Shown here: positions 1 through 11,985 of the stretch, piece after piece
How positions within the stretch are numbered: position 1 is the first letter of the stretch
How the letters are laid out: each line of letters opens with the position of its first letter
Assembly (NCBI GenBank): GCA_029953675.1
Contig: JAMWBK010000012.1
Span: 744,001-808,000 of the forward strand
From: Rhodosorus marinus CCMP1338
Taxonomy: Eukaryota > Plantae > Rhodophyta
Direction of reading: 5' to 3'
Length of the DNA: 64,000 nucleotides
Translations under genes and position numbers: made by a program
The notes under the pieces: model-generated
What the model saw: only the letters and a program-made list of their open reading frames with translations
What the model was told of the DNA's origin: nothing
Database searches by the model: none

Positions 1-643
1 GCTGAAAGCGAAGAGCACCAGAAGAAGACACCGCTATGTAAAAGAAAAACGTTCATCCAGCTGTCTTGGTTTTCAAAGTCGCGCAGTGCTCCCTTGTCAA
101 AAAGTCTTCAGCTCGATTGATTCTCTGAGATCTTGTTCAAACTGTCATTCATCTTCATCAGTCGATCAAGACTCAGGTGTATAGGAACTTTGCTCATCAC
201 AGACGAGATATTCCCGTGCGTCAGATCTACTAGATATTCAGAATGCCCGGGGTCTTGATGGCCTTGGTTTGATGATGTGCTTCCTCACAAGCCGCGCCTC
301 CGGTCAAGACTGTTCGGATAAGCGTATCGTATTTCCCTTGGCTGAGAGGTAGATTGACTCAATGATTCTGTCGCAGCTTGTTCCTTCATCATCTTCTATG
401 GAACGACGATCTGTTTTCTCTGAAGGTGGTCGAAAACGTCCTTCTCTGTTTCACGGCCTTGACAGAACAGCACGACGATTTTCTGTTTCCAAATGCGCGT
501 GTAGTTCTTCCCCAACCCGTTGATAGAATCATTCGAACCCCTATCGGCAGATTGTTCCTTGTCCGCTTCATCACTGCGCGACGATCTGCTGCTGCTGCTG
601 AAGCTTTCCCAACGATCTCGGTTCCCAACTTTCGTAGAAAGGC

Positions 644-1328
644 TCAGCCGAATCCGGGTGCAGCCTCCTTCTCTGGATGCTGCGGTACATCGACTTCCGC
701 TCGTCCTTGTCGGTGCAACATGTAGTCATCTCGACGGGTGAGGGAACGTACGCAGTCATGTTGAGCTTGTGATTTTGGGAGGACGATGGCGATGAAGCCT
801 TGATCAAAGTTCTGTGTTTTGAAGATTTACGGGGTCAGGTGAATGCGTTTTGCGCAGTCTATAAGATGAAAATGAAATCCGTACCTCGGTTTTGATCAAC
901 GCTGGGTTCGTAGTTAGGTTCTCGTTGAGCTCGAGAAGAACACCGCGAATCCTTGCTCTTATCTTGTAGCTCTTCGACTTTGTGTGGACCGTGCAGAGGG
1001 TCGACTCTTCCTGAACAAAAGTTCCCTGTCGCTTGCGTTTACCCTTGGGCTCTTGAAATCCCTCTCTCAGCTCGACTTTTGTGACGTCCTCATCGCCCGC
1101 AACGACGGCATGCTCCTCTGACAGCGTCACCACGCAGATGCCGTTGGAGTGCCTCATCACGCATAGGTCCTCATCGCCATTCTCGCTCACCCAGTACCAC
1201 CTGGTGTAGTACCGCTCAAGAACACTCCAAACTCGAGTACCGTCCTCCTCCTTGTCTTCAATATCGTTGTCGAGTAGCTTCACCCTTGATCCATCGTCAC
1301 TGATTACGTACTCGTCTTCTACCGCCAT
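644..1328 (-). CDS. ABITRAM: Abitram/FAM206A (Simiate) family protein, glycine-cleavage-H-like fold; 2 exons (885-1328, 644-811)
   Basis: Motifs RYYTRWY, DLCVMRHSNGICVVTL, YKIRARIRGVLLELNENL. GT..AG intron at 812-884 (73 nt) restores the frame to NFDQGFIAIVLPK...GFG*. Confidence 0.85.
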
Positions 1329-2505
1329 CTTTCTCCCACACAAACAACGCTTGCAAAATTTTCGAGTCTTAGGCCTTCTTGTTAGCTGCCTACTTCATCG
1401 TCGCTTGTGATGGAAGCCTCCTCAACAGATCCCCTGGTGACATCGACTGGAGAGTCTTGTACCAACTTGAGCGTCTTCTACGTGGTGATATTGGTGACCA
1501 CGGGGTGTCCAGAAGCGCCAGCAAAACAAGTTTTACAAAAGGCCATACATCATCTTCTTCCACCTAACCGATCTGGATCTATTGCTAAACGGCGCTGATT
1601 GACCTTCCAGAGCCAAGAGCTTCCTCCTCAAAGGGCTCAGGTTGCATCCATTCGGAGGTAGCGTCAAGAGACGAGATCTTTAACGAATGTAACCTGCCTC
1701 CTCAGATCCGAGTTGTGGCTGTCGTTCACTAAGTCTTCAGACCCGACTAGTTTGCATACCGGCGCTGAATGACCTTCAAAGCGCCAACGCTAAAAACCAA
1801 TACAGAGTCACTCCTCAAAGAGCTCCGGATGACATCTATTCGGAGGTGCCCATCGCTCACGGACGTTACCTTCCTCCCAGCTCCGAGCTTGTGACTATCG
1901 CTTTAAACGGAGGTGAGGTATTGCCTCCCTCGGAGGCATTTGTTAAATCCTATCGCTCGCCAGTCGAGGAACGTCAACAGAGTCTTCTTCATCTAGTTTC
2001 GCGAGATACGATCTCCGAACTTCTTCCTCGTCAATGTGGTTGTGTTGGTGGTGGAAGCCACCACCTTCATCCTCAGTCGAAAAAGCAGATCAGTAATTTT
2101 TTCAACGAATCTTCTTCTTCAGTAGGCAGTCGTCTTCTTCATCACTCTTGGGGGGAATGGGGGTTGGGACGTTGATCTCCTAACGCTGAGAGAATTTTTC
2201 TTCTCTTAGACTCTGTTTTTTCTTTTTTCTTTCGTCTTCATCTGTAGCAAAATTTCTTTCGGTTTGGAGCAGGGGAAGCAGTACACAGGCGGTGGTCTGA
2301 ATGTCCGTCGGTCTGGTCGGTATTGCCAAACGGACTAAGGTTTTTGACTGTAACAGAGCGGGTTACCTGGAGTTTGTGGGGTGGAGGGTGGATTTTGTCG
2401 TTGGGTAGTTGGACATTGATCCTGAGGAGAACTGAAGAGGCGTTTTGATCAGGTGAAGTGTTGTTCTGGGTATTTGTGGTGCAGACGTCTGTTTCTCTGG
2501 TCAAG

Positions 2506-4311
2506 ATGGCGTTTGTGGGTATTGGATGTGGTGTTCTGAGGAGCCGTAGGGTTTCGGTTTGTTGCTGTGCGGAAGAAGGGAAGAAATCTGTGCTTGTGGT
2601 TGGGGCTAGCGGGAAGCTTGGGAGGCTTGTGGTAGAGGAGCTGTTGCGGAGGAAAATGAGCGTAGTTGGCTTGGCACGAGATCGCGATCGAGCGAAGGAA
2701 GCTGGGCTTGGGGACGATCTGGAGGGGCTTGATATGAGATTTGGGACTTTTGAGGATGGTAGTGCCGTAGAAGCTGTTGAGGCCGTGAAGGAGGATGTGG
2801 GCGCGGTCATTTGGGCAGCTGGACCGTCCAGAACATCGCCTTCAGCTATCGTTGATAATCAGGCCGTGAACGACGTGGCGGGGAAGTTTAAGGACTTGCT
2901 CGCGGGTAAAGATGACTACCTTTTCGATTTTGAGAATTCGTCCAGGACGCAAAGCTTCAGGCAGGTTGATGACGTCGTCATGGGCGGTGTCAGCCGCAGC
3001 ACCATTCAGTCCGCGTCTGAAGGCAATGAACAGTATGCGCGATTTCAAGGTATCCAGATCACCGCACGAGAGAACTGCATCGTCCTCTGCGACTGACTTT
3101 AGCCATACGTCCTCAAACGCAGGAAACGTGAGTTTCGATAACAACGGTGGATTCTGTGCGATTCGGAACGATTTCTCTCCACCACTCGACCTGTCCAAAT
3201 GGACTGGCATCGTTCTTCAGGTCCGTGGAGACGGAAAACGGTAATTACAGAACCCAAACCAAGGCTAAATCAGACTTGAAGCTATGATCTGAGCCGTTCC
3301 CTTTTTGATAATCGTTTGTTTAACAGCTACAAAATGAGTATCAAAGTAGATGAAGAGATGGAGTTCAACTATCAAGCAAAGTTCACAACGTCCGCACGGA
3401 GCACTGGTCAGCCCTGGGAGACGATTCGGATACCGTTTAGCCGCTTCACGCCGATGAAAAGGGGTAAAGAAATCTCCACAGAGTCGTTCACGTACCATCC
3501 CAACTGCCATTTGACTGGAACCTTTTTCGTGGGGTTTCAGGACGACTTCAGCTCGGTAGCCCGGAAGGAAGAATGTTCAACGTGAACCTGGACCCGTCTA
3601 AAGTCGTATCTGTTGGATTCTTGAGGAGCAGTATTGAAGGCGGGTCTCGAAACCCTGAGTTTGAGACCGGTCCGTTCCGTCTGGACGTTCGAAAGATCGG
3701 AGTTTACAAGGCCGTTCCTCCGCGATTCGTTCTGCTGTCTTCCGCAGCCGTGACTAGACCATTGTAAGGCATCACATCCTTCGTTGTGGCGCTTGTGTAA
3801 TTGTTGTACTGATCCCGAACACCGTTCCTTTGCAGTTGGAGTAAGGAGAAGAAAGCACAGTATCCTTCGAGCTACGACATTCCGATCGTCCAGCTGAACC
3901 CAGGGAACGTTTTGGTCGAGAAATTCAACGGAGAACAACAAGTCCGTAAGAGCGGCATACCCTACGCCATCATCAGGTTGGTTTGGGCCAGAATTACCTT
4001 CAATATCCTCCCGGCACTCATCGGGTCTTAGACTTGACTTCGTCCTAACGAGCTGCACGAAACTGTGTCCCAGGTATACTGGACTAAACGATGATCAGCC
4101 TGATGGCACGTTGGTTCTGGCTCAAGGCGATACTCTGGTAGGCCGGATCAACAGAAAGGATGGGGCGAAGCTCGCGGTGGATGTTCTGATGGACAGCGAC
4201 GCGTACTACAAGACTTTTGAGACGATGACAATCACAAAACCCAGTGCCAGTAGTGTCCAGTCCCTCGGACTGTTGAGCCTGGATATAGTCGATTCGGCTC
4301 CAAGCGGATGA
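2506..4311 (+). CDS. Plastid-targeted atypical SDR: NAD(P)-binding Rossmann domain interrupted by a CIA30 domain (HCF173/At4g18810-like); multi-exon
   Basis: MAFVG transit-peptide start; VLVVGASGKLGRLVV; CIA30 motifs VDDVVMGGVSRS, NNGGFCAIR, WETIRIPFSRFTP; SSAAVTRP, YDIPIVQLNP and the C-terminal Rossmann half across several short introns. Confidence 0.8.
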
Positions 4312-5248
4312 GCGGAAAGTTCCCGCTTCCGGCGGTACTGGGCCTCTAGTGCGGTCAGCTTCGATGGAAATAGTGAAATAGTTAAGCTGGCAGCCCAAGC
4401 CTCCCCACTCTCCAGACCGAGAGGAGGAAGGAGTAGTATCTGAGACCTAGCCATGGAGACTTACGGAGAGGCGGGGCCGTCTATTCTCCTAATTTACGCT
4501 TGCCCAGTAAGATTCCACATAAAGAGTACAAAAAAACCTGTCCAGCTGGGATAGTTACACACTCCAGAACGATAGGGATAGTGTACCCTTGGCACGGCCA
4601 CGAAGACTTGTCCAGACGAGAAAGGGCACACGGGTTGTTCTAGTTCAAGCCAAACCGGGTTTCTGCATCAGTGACTGATGCAGTCTGTCCAGACCTTCCC
4701 AATGCTGCAACTCCACTATACCCGCACGCTGAGCGCTAAGCCCACGCGCTTCTAGAACAGGGGGGAAGCGAATCAAAGGCGTGAGGTTGATGCTCTTCTC
4801 AAGGAGCTTGATACATGGTACCTCTAGAACAGACGGACCAGACCAGACCAGATCGGGTTTAGTCGGAGCCCAAGGTCCCTGAATGAGGAGTACGCTTCGC
4901 CCCGTCACCTGAACTAAGAAAAAGCGTTTCACGAGTTCAGTCAATATTGGTAAAAGAGATTGAACATGGATGTGCAATAGTCTTCTTCCTTTTTTCTTCT
5001 TTTTTGATAGTTGGAGGGTTGGAGTCGCACGTCTAGACGTAGGACGCTCTGGTCTGAAGAGTATATAAAGAGCGCCGACTGAAAAGTTCGAGGAAGGGGT
5101 TGGAGGGGCGGCTGGGGGAGAGGTGAAGTGGAGAGGGCGATTGGGTAGGAGTGGGGGGGAATGTAGTAAGCTATAGGAAAGGAATTGGTGATTGGAGGGT
5201 GGTTTGTATTCGCTTTGAGGTTTTGAGAATTTTTTGTTTTTGGAGGTG

Positions 5249-5608
5249 ATGCGGAGGGAGCGTGAACGTGGTGGGGAGAGTGTGGTTGTGACGAGTACCA
5301 CGGCTCGGAGTGATCGTGAGGAGGGTGGTCAGGTCTTGAAGCTTCGTTTGAGGTCTAGGAATGGACAGAGGGTAGCTTGGACGGAGGAAACGCATGATAA
5401 TGAGCATGATGGGAAGAAGAAGTCAAAGAAGTGTTGTATATTCCACAAGCAGCGGGCGTTTGATGAGTCTTCATCGGGGTCTGAATCCGATTCTAGTTCG
5501 AGTTCTGGAGGAGGACCAAGCGCCCCAAGTTCGGAAGCTTTGGCTCAGAGAGGTGTGTCCGTAAGCGAAACGAGTCAGGAGCATGCGGACGAAAAAGGCG
5601 GCGGTTGA
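5249..5608 (+). CDS. YPI1: Protein phosphatase 1 inhibitor-3 (Ypi1/PPP1R11 family)
   Basis: Signature LKLRL...[36 protein letters not shown] (RVxW PP1-docking motif plus KKKSKxCCI). Confidence 0.9.
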   Translation: MRRERERGGESVVVTSTTARSDREEGGQVLKLRLRSRNGQRVAWTEETHDNEHDGKKKSKKCCIFHKQRAFDESSSGSESDSSSSSGGGPSAPSSEALAQRGVSVSETSQEHADEKGGG

Positions 5609-6794
5609 CTCGCTTCGGACGTGCTAGTTCAGAACGAATTTACTCATAAGGAAAAAAGGCGGGAGAAGCAGATTCTCTGTTCTGGTCTCTGTCTTAAGTA
5701 TTTACACGAGTAGGTCACTAGTAGTTTTCCAGAAACCATGCTCGGCGAGATGAGAGAACTATTGAGAGCCTTCCGTTAAGCCACTTCAAGGAAGGTGAAT
5801 AGGTGATCGTGAGCGTAGAAAAAGATGCTGGACTACGATTTTCGATAAGCCGGCGCTTAGCCTTGCAAGCTGCTGGACTGAAGCAACTCCACAGGCGAGG
5901 AAGATGGTTGGCAGGACGCGATTCCGGAAAAGCTCGCGGTCGAGTTTCTGACATGCGTTTCTAGTTGAACTGACTCCTCCGAGCTCTCCACTGCGTGATT
6001 GTTGCGGGCGTCTGGATGTTTTGATGGAAGAGATGTCGAGCACGGATCTCATACCCTCTGGACATGGGTAGCTTAGAGTGCTCCAGGCTCAGGTTCCGGA
6101 GTTGAGCTGGTCCAAGGCCATTCGATGAAAGTGTCGCTCCGGCGACGGGCGGCGTCCCGTTCGTCTCTACGAGCGTGCTAACAGCACAACCTTGGTGGCT
6201 GAGAGAAATAATAACCCCCTGCTCGTGAGAAAATTGCGACAGAGAGAAAACCCCAGATCAGGGAGCTCTACCCCTGCGAGGAAGGAAAATGCTGGCTTGA
6301 CCCCTTGATAGGAGACAAACCTCATTAAAACGCAGCGCAGCAATACCATCGCTGACGAACCCACCTTCGCATAACTCGAGACCATTAACAACCTACATTT
6401 CCTGGAGCCTAACCTTACCATCGCTCATCCAAGCAGTACACCACAGACTTTGTCGATACCCTCCACGCCATTCTCCTTAATCTTCACGTACGAAAGCCAC
6501 CGAAACCAGAGGTCCAATCAAGAAATAACAAGCGTCTTTGCTTACATTTTAGTCCGACTATTATCCAATTAATCTCTTCTAACGCTTGTTGTGGACATGA
6601 GTCATATAATAATTGGATTATAACTCCAGCTCTATCCAATGACAATCATGCAAGGGATTGGCCTGTTTGCGAGCCTTCCGTTTTGTTCGTTTTGGGGCGG
6701 TTGTATGGATGAGGAATGGCGTTGTCTTGGTTTTCTCCAGTTTACTTCAGGTACCGAAAGTAGGAGCTAAGCATACGCAAGGAAAGCAAGGTTT

Positions 6795-7875
6795 AAAGCT
6801 AGACCAATGAGACCCCCCAGATCGGCGTTCTGATACTACAGTGTCTGGACGTTTGTCATCTTTACGAGGGCATGGATCGCCAATCGAGCGTTACTACCAC
6901 GCCTCTTGTTGTCAACTCGCATTAGCGCTTGTGCGTCGTCCGCTCTCTGCGATCTACATGTTCCGTAGCTTCTGCGAGGAAGTCTTGGCCAAAACCCTTC
7001 AACCGCGAAAAGTTTCCAAATAGGGGCAAGTCATGTTGCTGCGCCGACCCACGATGCTCGGCTGTAGTCTACGCCTCCAGCTCAGCACGATCATGACGAG
7101 GCACTCAGGCTCGGTTTTTTGCTTTTGGAAAGGAAGAGAGTTTAGCTAGGCAAAGGAGACCCCAGACATTTATCACTCTCTACGTCTAGCATTTAACGCC
7201 AGGCTTGCCGGACTACCCGCCGATTGTTATCGATTCAATTCCACTCGCACTCGCGCATGCAGTTCGTTTCGCCTCTCTGCGCTCTACGTGTTCCGAAGTT
7301 TCTGTGAGGAAGTCTTGGCCAAGTCCACCAAAGTCCTTCAACGGCGAAAAGTTACCAAATTGGGGGCAAATCATGCTAAAGCTGCCCCGATGGCACCACG
7401 AGGCTCGCCTAGGATCTGCGCCTCCAGCTCATGGCGACGATGACGAGGCACTTAGGCTCGAGATTTTCGCTTTCGGAAAGGAAGGGAGTCTAGCTAGGGC
7501 TAAGGAGACCCCAGGCTCGGAGTTAAGATACTACAGTGTCTGGACATTTATCACTCTCTACGCCTGACATGCGAGCGGTACTACCACGCCTTTTTGTTGT
7601 CGATTCAAATCCACTCGGATTAGCGCTAGCGCGTCGGTTCGCCCTCTGCGCTCCACATGTTCCGTAGCTTCCGTGAGGAAGTCTTGGCCAAGTCTACCAA
7701 AACCCTTCAAGGGCGAAAAGGTTCCAAACTGGGGGCAAGCCATGCTGCTGCCCAGATGGTAACACGAGGTTCGGCTAGCGTCTGCGCCTCCCGCTCCAGC
7801 ACGATGATGAAGAGGTACGTTTTAGGCTTGCTCGCTCGTGGGTTTCGCTTTTTGGGAAAGGGAAAAGAGTTTAGG
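6795..7875 (-). repeat. Three diverged head-to-tail copies of a ~330-370 bp unit; each resembles the C-terminal/3' end of an RLE-type LINE
   Basis: Anchor GAGGAAGTCTTGGCCAA at 6976, 7306 and 7675. Minus-strand translations include LFAVEGF, FSPLKDFGGLGQDFL and FSPLKGFGRLGQDFL...RVDLNRQQKGVV, resembling the RLE consensus PFAVE.FG.LG...R.S..LQR. Confidence 0.75.
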
Positions 7876-8451
7876 TGCTCGTGATCAACCATCTCAGTTC
7901 ATACAGTTAAGGTAAACACCGGAGGGAGAAAGCCACTGTCTTTGCCGTGGACAGACGGAGTCTTCTTGCAAACGAGGGCCGTTCGATTGGGAGGGTTGTT
8001 GTTGCTGGTTGGGGAAGGAGATTTACTTCGTGAAACCGGTGTGAGAACGATGTGAAGAGAGCCTCAGAATAAAACAAGCGACTGCTTGTATCAACATTGG
8101 AATTTGTATCTCGTTTTGGTTTCTCGCGGGGCGGCTCCTGGAGAGAGGTTTAGCGGCAAGTATTTTTTTGGTTCGTGGCGAGAAGAAGGAACGGGAGATG
8201 CGTGTTTTCTGCCAAGAGGAAGATGGAAAGTAGGATTTAGCTGAGCTTTGATTCAGGTCTTTAGAGCTGGATTTTGTGCTTGCGGAGGGTTGACTGATTT
8301 GGTGTGGGAACGTCTCTCTACAATCTGAGACCTACTGCGGGAAGACGCGCTTTTTTTTTTCGAGTGAGTGGAATGTTTACCTCGAACCAAGGGAGGTTCT
8401 CTATGTAAGGGGAGTTTCAATTTGTTGTATTGCTACTTGGAAAAAGGAGGT

Positions 8452-10526
8452 ATGGTGGAGACTGAAGTTAAGGAGGCGGATATTCCGCCGGAGTTGGACG
8501 TTCAGACGGATGAAAGTAATGGTATGACTACGAGAGCGGTGACGCAGTTTGCGGCATATCGGCAGGGTCAGATGGTTTCTATCTGTGATCTGGACATGGG
8601 ATCTGGTGAAGGAAACGAGAACATGGAGATTAAGCTGCTAGGATACGTCGTCAACGGTTCGAAAAAGCTCAAAGTTGAGGTAAAGGCAGACCGCAGATAA
8701 GAATTTCTTGTCCGGTTATACCATCTCCAACTGCAAACTAATAAGCACCTCGGCGTCTCACTTTTCACCAGATTGGTCCGCTCGTGGAGTGGTGTATAGA
8801 GTACGGCAACGACCCGACACTTTGGACGCACACGGCTCGAGCTTGGTACAAGATTTTATCTCCGAACAAGGAGTACCAAAAAGTTCACGAACTGGCAAGA
8901 AGAAGGTTTGAACTCTGTTCCAGATTGTTCATCCTAGCTGTTACAATCATGCCCGAGCAATGCACATACAAGAGCCTTGTCAGTGTCCTGGCTGCCCCGT
9001 ACAAGCAGATGAAAGGTGCCCTTCCATTCTAAATCCGTGACTTCGGATTACCTCTTCTCTTACCTTTGTGAAAATCCGCTTTTGTTCCGGATGCATCGAA
9101 GGCTACTCGGAGAAGGAGATCCTAATGGAAAGCAACTTCATCCTGGACCAAGCCGACTCTCTGGACGATCCGTCGCTTCGGAACACAGACTTTGCGAAAA
9201 CTCTGCGTCAAAAGGCAGCCCAGATCGCGAAGGAGCAGAAAGCAGAACAGAAAGCAGAACAGAAGAAGCAGGAGAAGGCCGCCCCCAGCAGGAAAGACAG
9301 TACTGCTGCCGACAAGGAGAAAAAAGAGAGAAAGAAATCGAACAAGCCTGCTGCGGGCTTTATCTGGGAGCCGAGATCTGACGATCAAGCCGTTAATAGT
9401 GCCCTCTTGAAAAGGTAAATGACCAGGTCAAACCCCAATTCTGGGAAGCAGCGCATAGTGCTTTCCGCTTTACCCCATCGCCTACTCTGCGCAGCCGCGC
9501 TGGTTTCCTCCTGGGCCGGCCGCTGAAGAGCCAAAGGCAGCAGTCTAAAAAGGATGGACGGCGATGTAGGCTGAGACTCGCGTGGGACTGTTTTATTGTT
9601 ATAGATGTGCTAAGATACTGAACAATCTGATGAAGGACAAGCTGGCTTGGTGGTTTCTGCAACCGGTTGATCCTGTTGCACATGGATGTCCCAACTATCT
9701 GGAGGTCATCAAAGAGCCGATGGATCTTGGGACAATCACGGCGCGACTCTCCTCTGGAAAAGTATATGAGAATGCTGGGCAGGTGGCTCGGGATGTTCGT
9801 CTTATCTGGTCCAATTGCAAGTAAGTTCCTGTCTTCCTTTTCCCTGCTAGAAAATCGACGAGTATCCTTAGCGCGAAGGCTTGCTGTGTTGGATAGGAGA
9901 TACAACGAACCCGAAAGTGAACTATCACTCATGGCCAGTAAACTTCAAGCCAAGTTTGAGGAACTCATAGTTCGTGAGGAGGAGGACGTCCTAAAGGACC
10001 CAGCCAAGTTGGTAAGAAGCTCATCGGTGGCGAGTAAGAGAACCGCTGAGGAGAGGGCTGAGGCCGGATCTCCATCAGACATTGACCCCGAGTACGGCGC
10101 GAGCGCCGCGGAGCGGGTGAAGAAGGGACGCACCGCTAAGAAAGCAGTTGCTACAGATTTCGGTGATGCGGGTGCACTGTCAAGACGACTCTCAGAAAGG
10201 CAAATGGTAAGGCCCAAGAAAGAACCTTGACGAACCGAAGCTCAGACCGTCTGAACGTGGGCTTGGAGTTTCAGAAACTGGCGGAGAAGAACGACAAGTC
10301 TGGTACAGAAGAGGCTGCTAGTGATCCGGTGATCTTTGAACCTCCTCCACCGACGCCTACGTCAGCTACTCCGAAGCGGTACTGTATAGCAAAGAGGTGT
10401 AAACGTGTAGCTAAAGGGAGTAGCAAGTACTGTGGAACTTCTTGCGTTATGGTTGTTGCCGAGGCAAGAGTCAAGGTGGGTGGCGGTTGTCCCTCCTCCA
10501 GTTATGATACGACATCCGGTTTCTGA
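8452..10526 (+). CDS. Chromatin-reader protein: N-terminal RFTS (DNMT1-RFD)-like domain, bromodomain and C-terminal CxxxxC...YCxxxC motif; multi-exon
   Basis: After splicing, KLKVE|IGPLVEWCIEYGNDPTLWTHTARAWYKILSPNKEY (RFTS-like); AWWFLQPVDPVAHGCPNYLEVIKEPMDLGTI...WSNC..YN (bromodomain); CIAKRCKRVAKGSSKYCGTSCVMVVAEAR. Confidence 0.8.
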
Positions 10527-11282
10527 AGCGCGCGATTTTGTATTGTATATTTAATTTTCCGCGTTTAGATAATGGCGAGGGTGATGACAGAAGAAGAAAT
10601 CTTGACTGTCATCGGCGGAACGGCACGTGAGATTCATAAAGTTGTGGTGGATGCTGGTATAAAGCAGTAGTCACCCAGTACAAAGGGGCAGACTAACTAT
10701 CCGGCCTGGAAGGATGCGCCCCCCAAAATCCCTGTTCATGGATCGTTAACCCCAGCAGTAGTACTGCTCTGGAGAGCGGTAGTATTAGGCTCGCAACTAT
10801 TTTCACCAGAGTGTGAAACTGACCTGGCTAAGGTGGAGTTTAGATCCAAGCCGCTGATGAAGCTCGATGAAGAGGGGAAGCTTCGACTCTTTCGCAACAA
10901 ATCAACGATTGAGTGGTAGCAGCAATCACATGAACATAACCGAACCACGCCTTGTCTCTAGACTAGGATGTCAATAGTAGCAGAGCGGGGAATCCGCTTG
11001 CAATAAAACGTGAAGTGGTAACTTTCTCCCTTTTTTAATGAAATCTCCGGTGTTATGAACGTTTCATTCTTCGTTGGTTGATAATTTTCTCTGATGATCG
11101 TCTTCATCTCCTTCGAGATGTCGCTTGTCCGCTTCCGTCGATCTCCTCTGTTACCCACATTAGGTGTGAAGTAGTTTTAGATGCAATTTTCTTTTTTGGC
11201 TTATTTTCTGATCTGTCATCTTCTTCCGCTGCGGGTGAGGAGGCATCAAAATTAAATCAAAAGCCTTTCCGGAGTTGTCAAA

Positions 11283-11687
11283 TTAATGTGCACGTGGCCG
11301 GTCTGGATTGTCAAGATCTTCATAAAAGGGCTCGACGTTGATAAATCTAAGGCTCCTTCTCCCAATGACCTTGCCGACCATGTACGTCAAAAAAATTGAA
11401 AACGAAAACCAAGCTAGGGGCACTAACTCCTGCTCCGGATCCACCGTCGGTTTCTTCACAAGCTGGTTCAACCTCTCCCGCAGCAAAGCAAATTCCTTCT
11501 TGAACTCCGAGACCCGATAAGGCATTCTCTCCACAGAAGTCGCAATATATTGCTGCCGAAGCTTCTGGGTCACCTCCCATCCAGGTTCGGCAACGTTCTT
11601 CATCCTTACAATATTATTCTTATCCAAAACCCCAATTCCAAACGTCATCATGTTCAGAACATTCCTGATTGCCTCCCTACCAGCCAT
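11283..11687 (-). CDS. Probable mitochondrial ATP synthase subunit g-like protein (divergent)
   Basis: 134-aa ORF with one C-terminal hydrophobic helix ending LTYMVGKVIGRRSLRFINV, resembling the subunit g motif F.VGE.IGR..L.GY.V. Confidence 0.5.
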   Translation of the reverse strand: MAGREAIRNVLNMMTFGIGVLDKNNIVRMKNVAEPGWEVTQKLRQQYIATSVERMPYRVSEFKKEFALLRERLNQLVKKPTVDPEQELVPLAWFSFSIFLTYMVGKVIGRRSLRFINVEPFYEDLDNPDRPRAH

Positions 11688-11879
11688 CTCGTCTTCCTCT
11701 TCCCCGAAACCAAAACAACAACAACAAAAAAACACCACCCCCCTCCCCCAACCCCTCCCCAACCCCCTTTCCTCCTCCAACCTCGCCTCCAAAATCGTTA
11801 AATAATCAGTCTAAACAGTTTTCTTCCTTATTTCAACTAATCTAACCTCCAACGTATTCCTAAAACTAAACTCAAGATC

Positions 11880-11985
11880 TCCTCCCCTTCCTACCTCCCC
11901 TTCCTACCTCTTCCTTCCTCCTCCCCTTCCTACCTCTTCCTTCCTCCTCCCCTTCCTACCTCTTCCTTCCTCCTCCCCTTTCCCT
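11880..11985. repeat. Polypyrimidine/polypurine tandem repeat, 26-bp unit CCTACCTCTTCCTTCCTCCTCCCCTT, about 3 copies
   Basis: Directly visible tandem copies within a nearly pure C/T tract. Confidence 0.9.

Noticed and set aside
1-640. Short ORFs at the window start
   Set aside because: No family motifs; possibly UTR or the truncated end of a gene outside the window.
4645-6471. Minus-strand ORFs flanking YPI1 (4645-5301, 5786-6052, 6167-6421)
   Set aside because: Partly low-complexity or antisense; no coherent spliced product could be built, although a hidden gene is not excluded.
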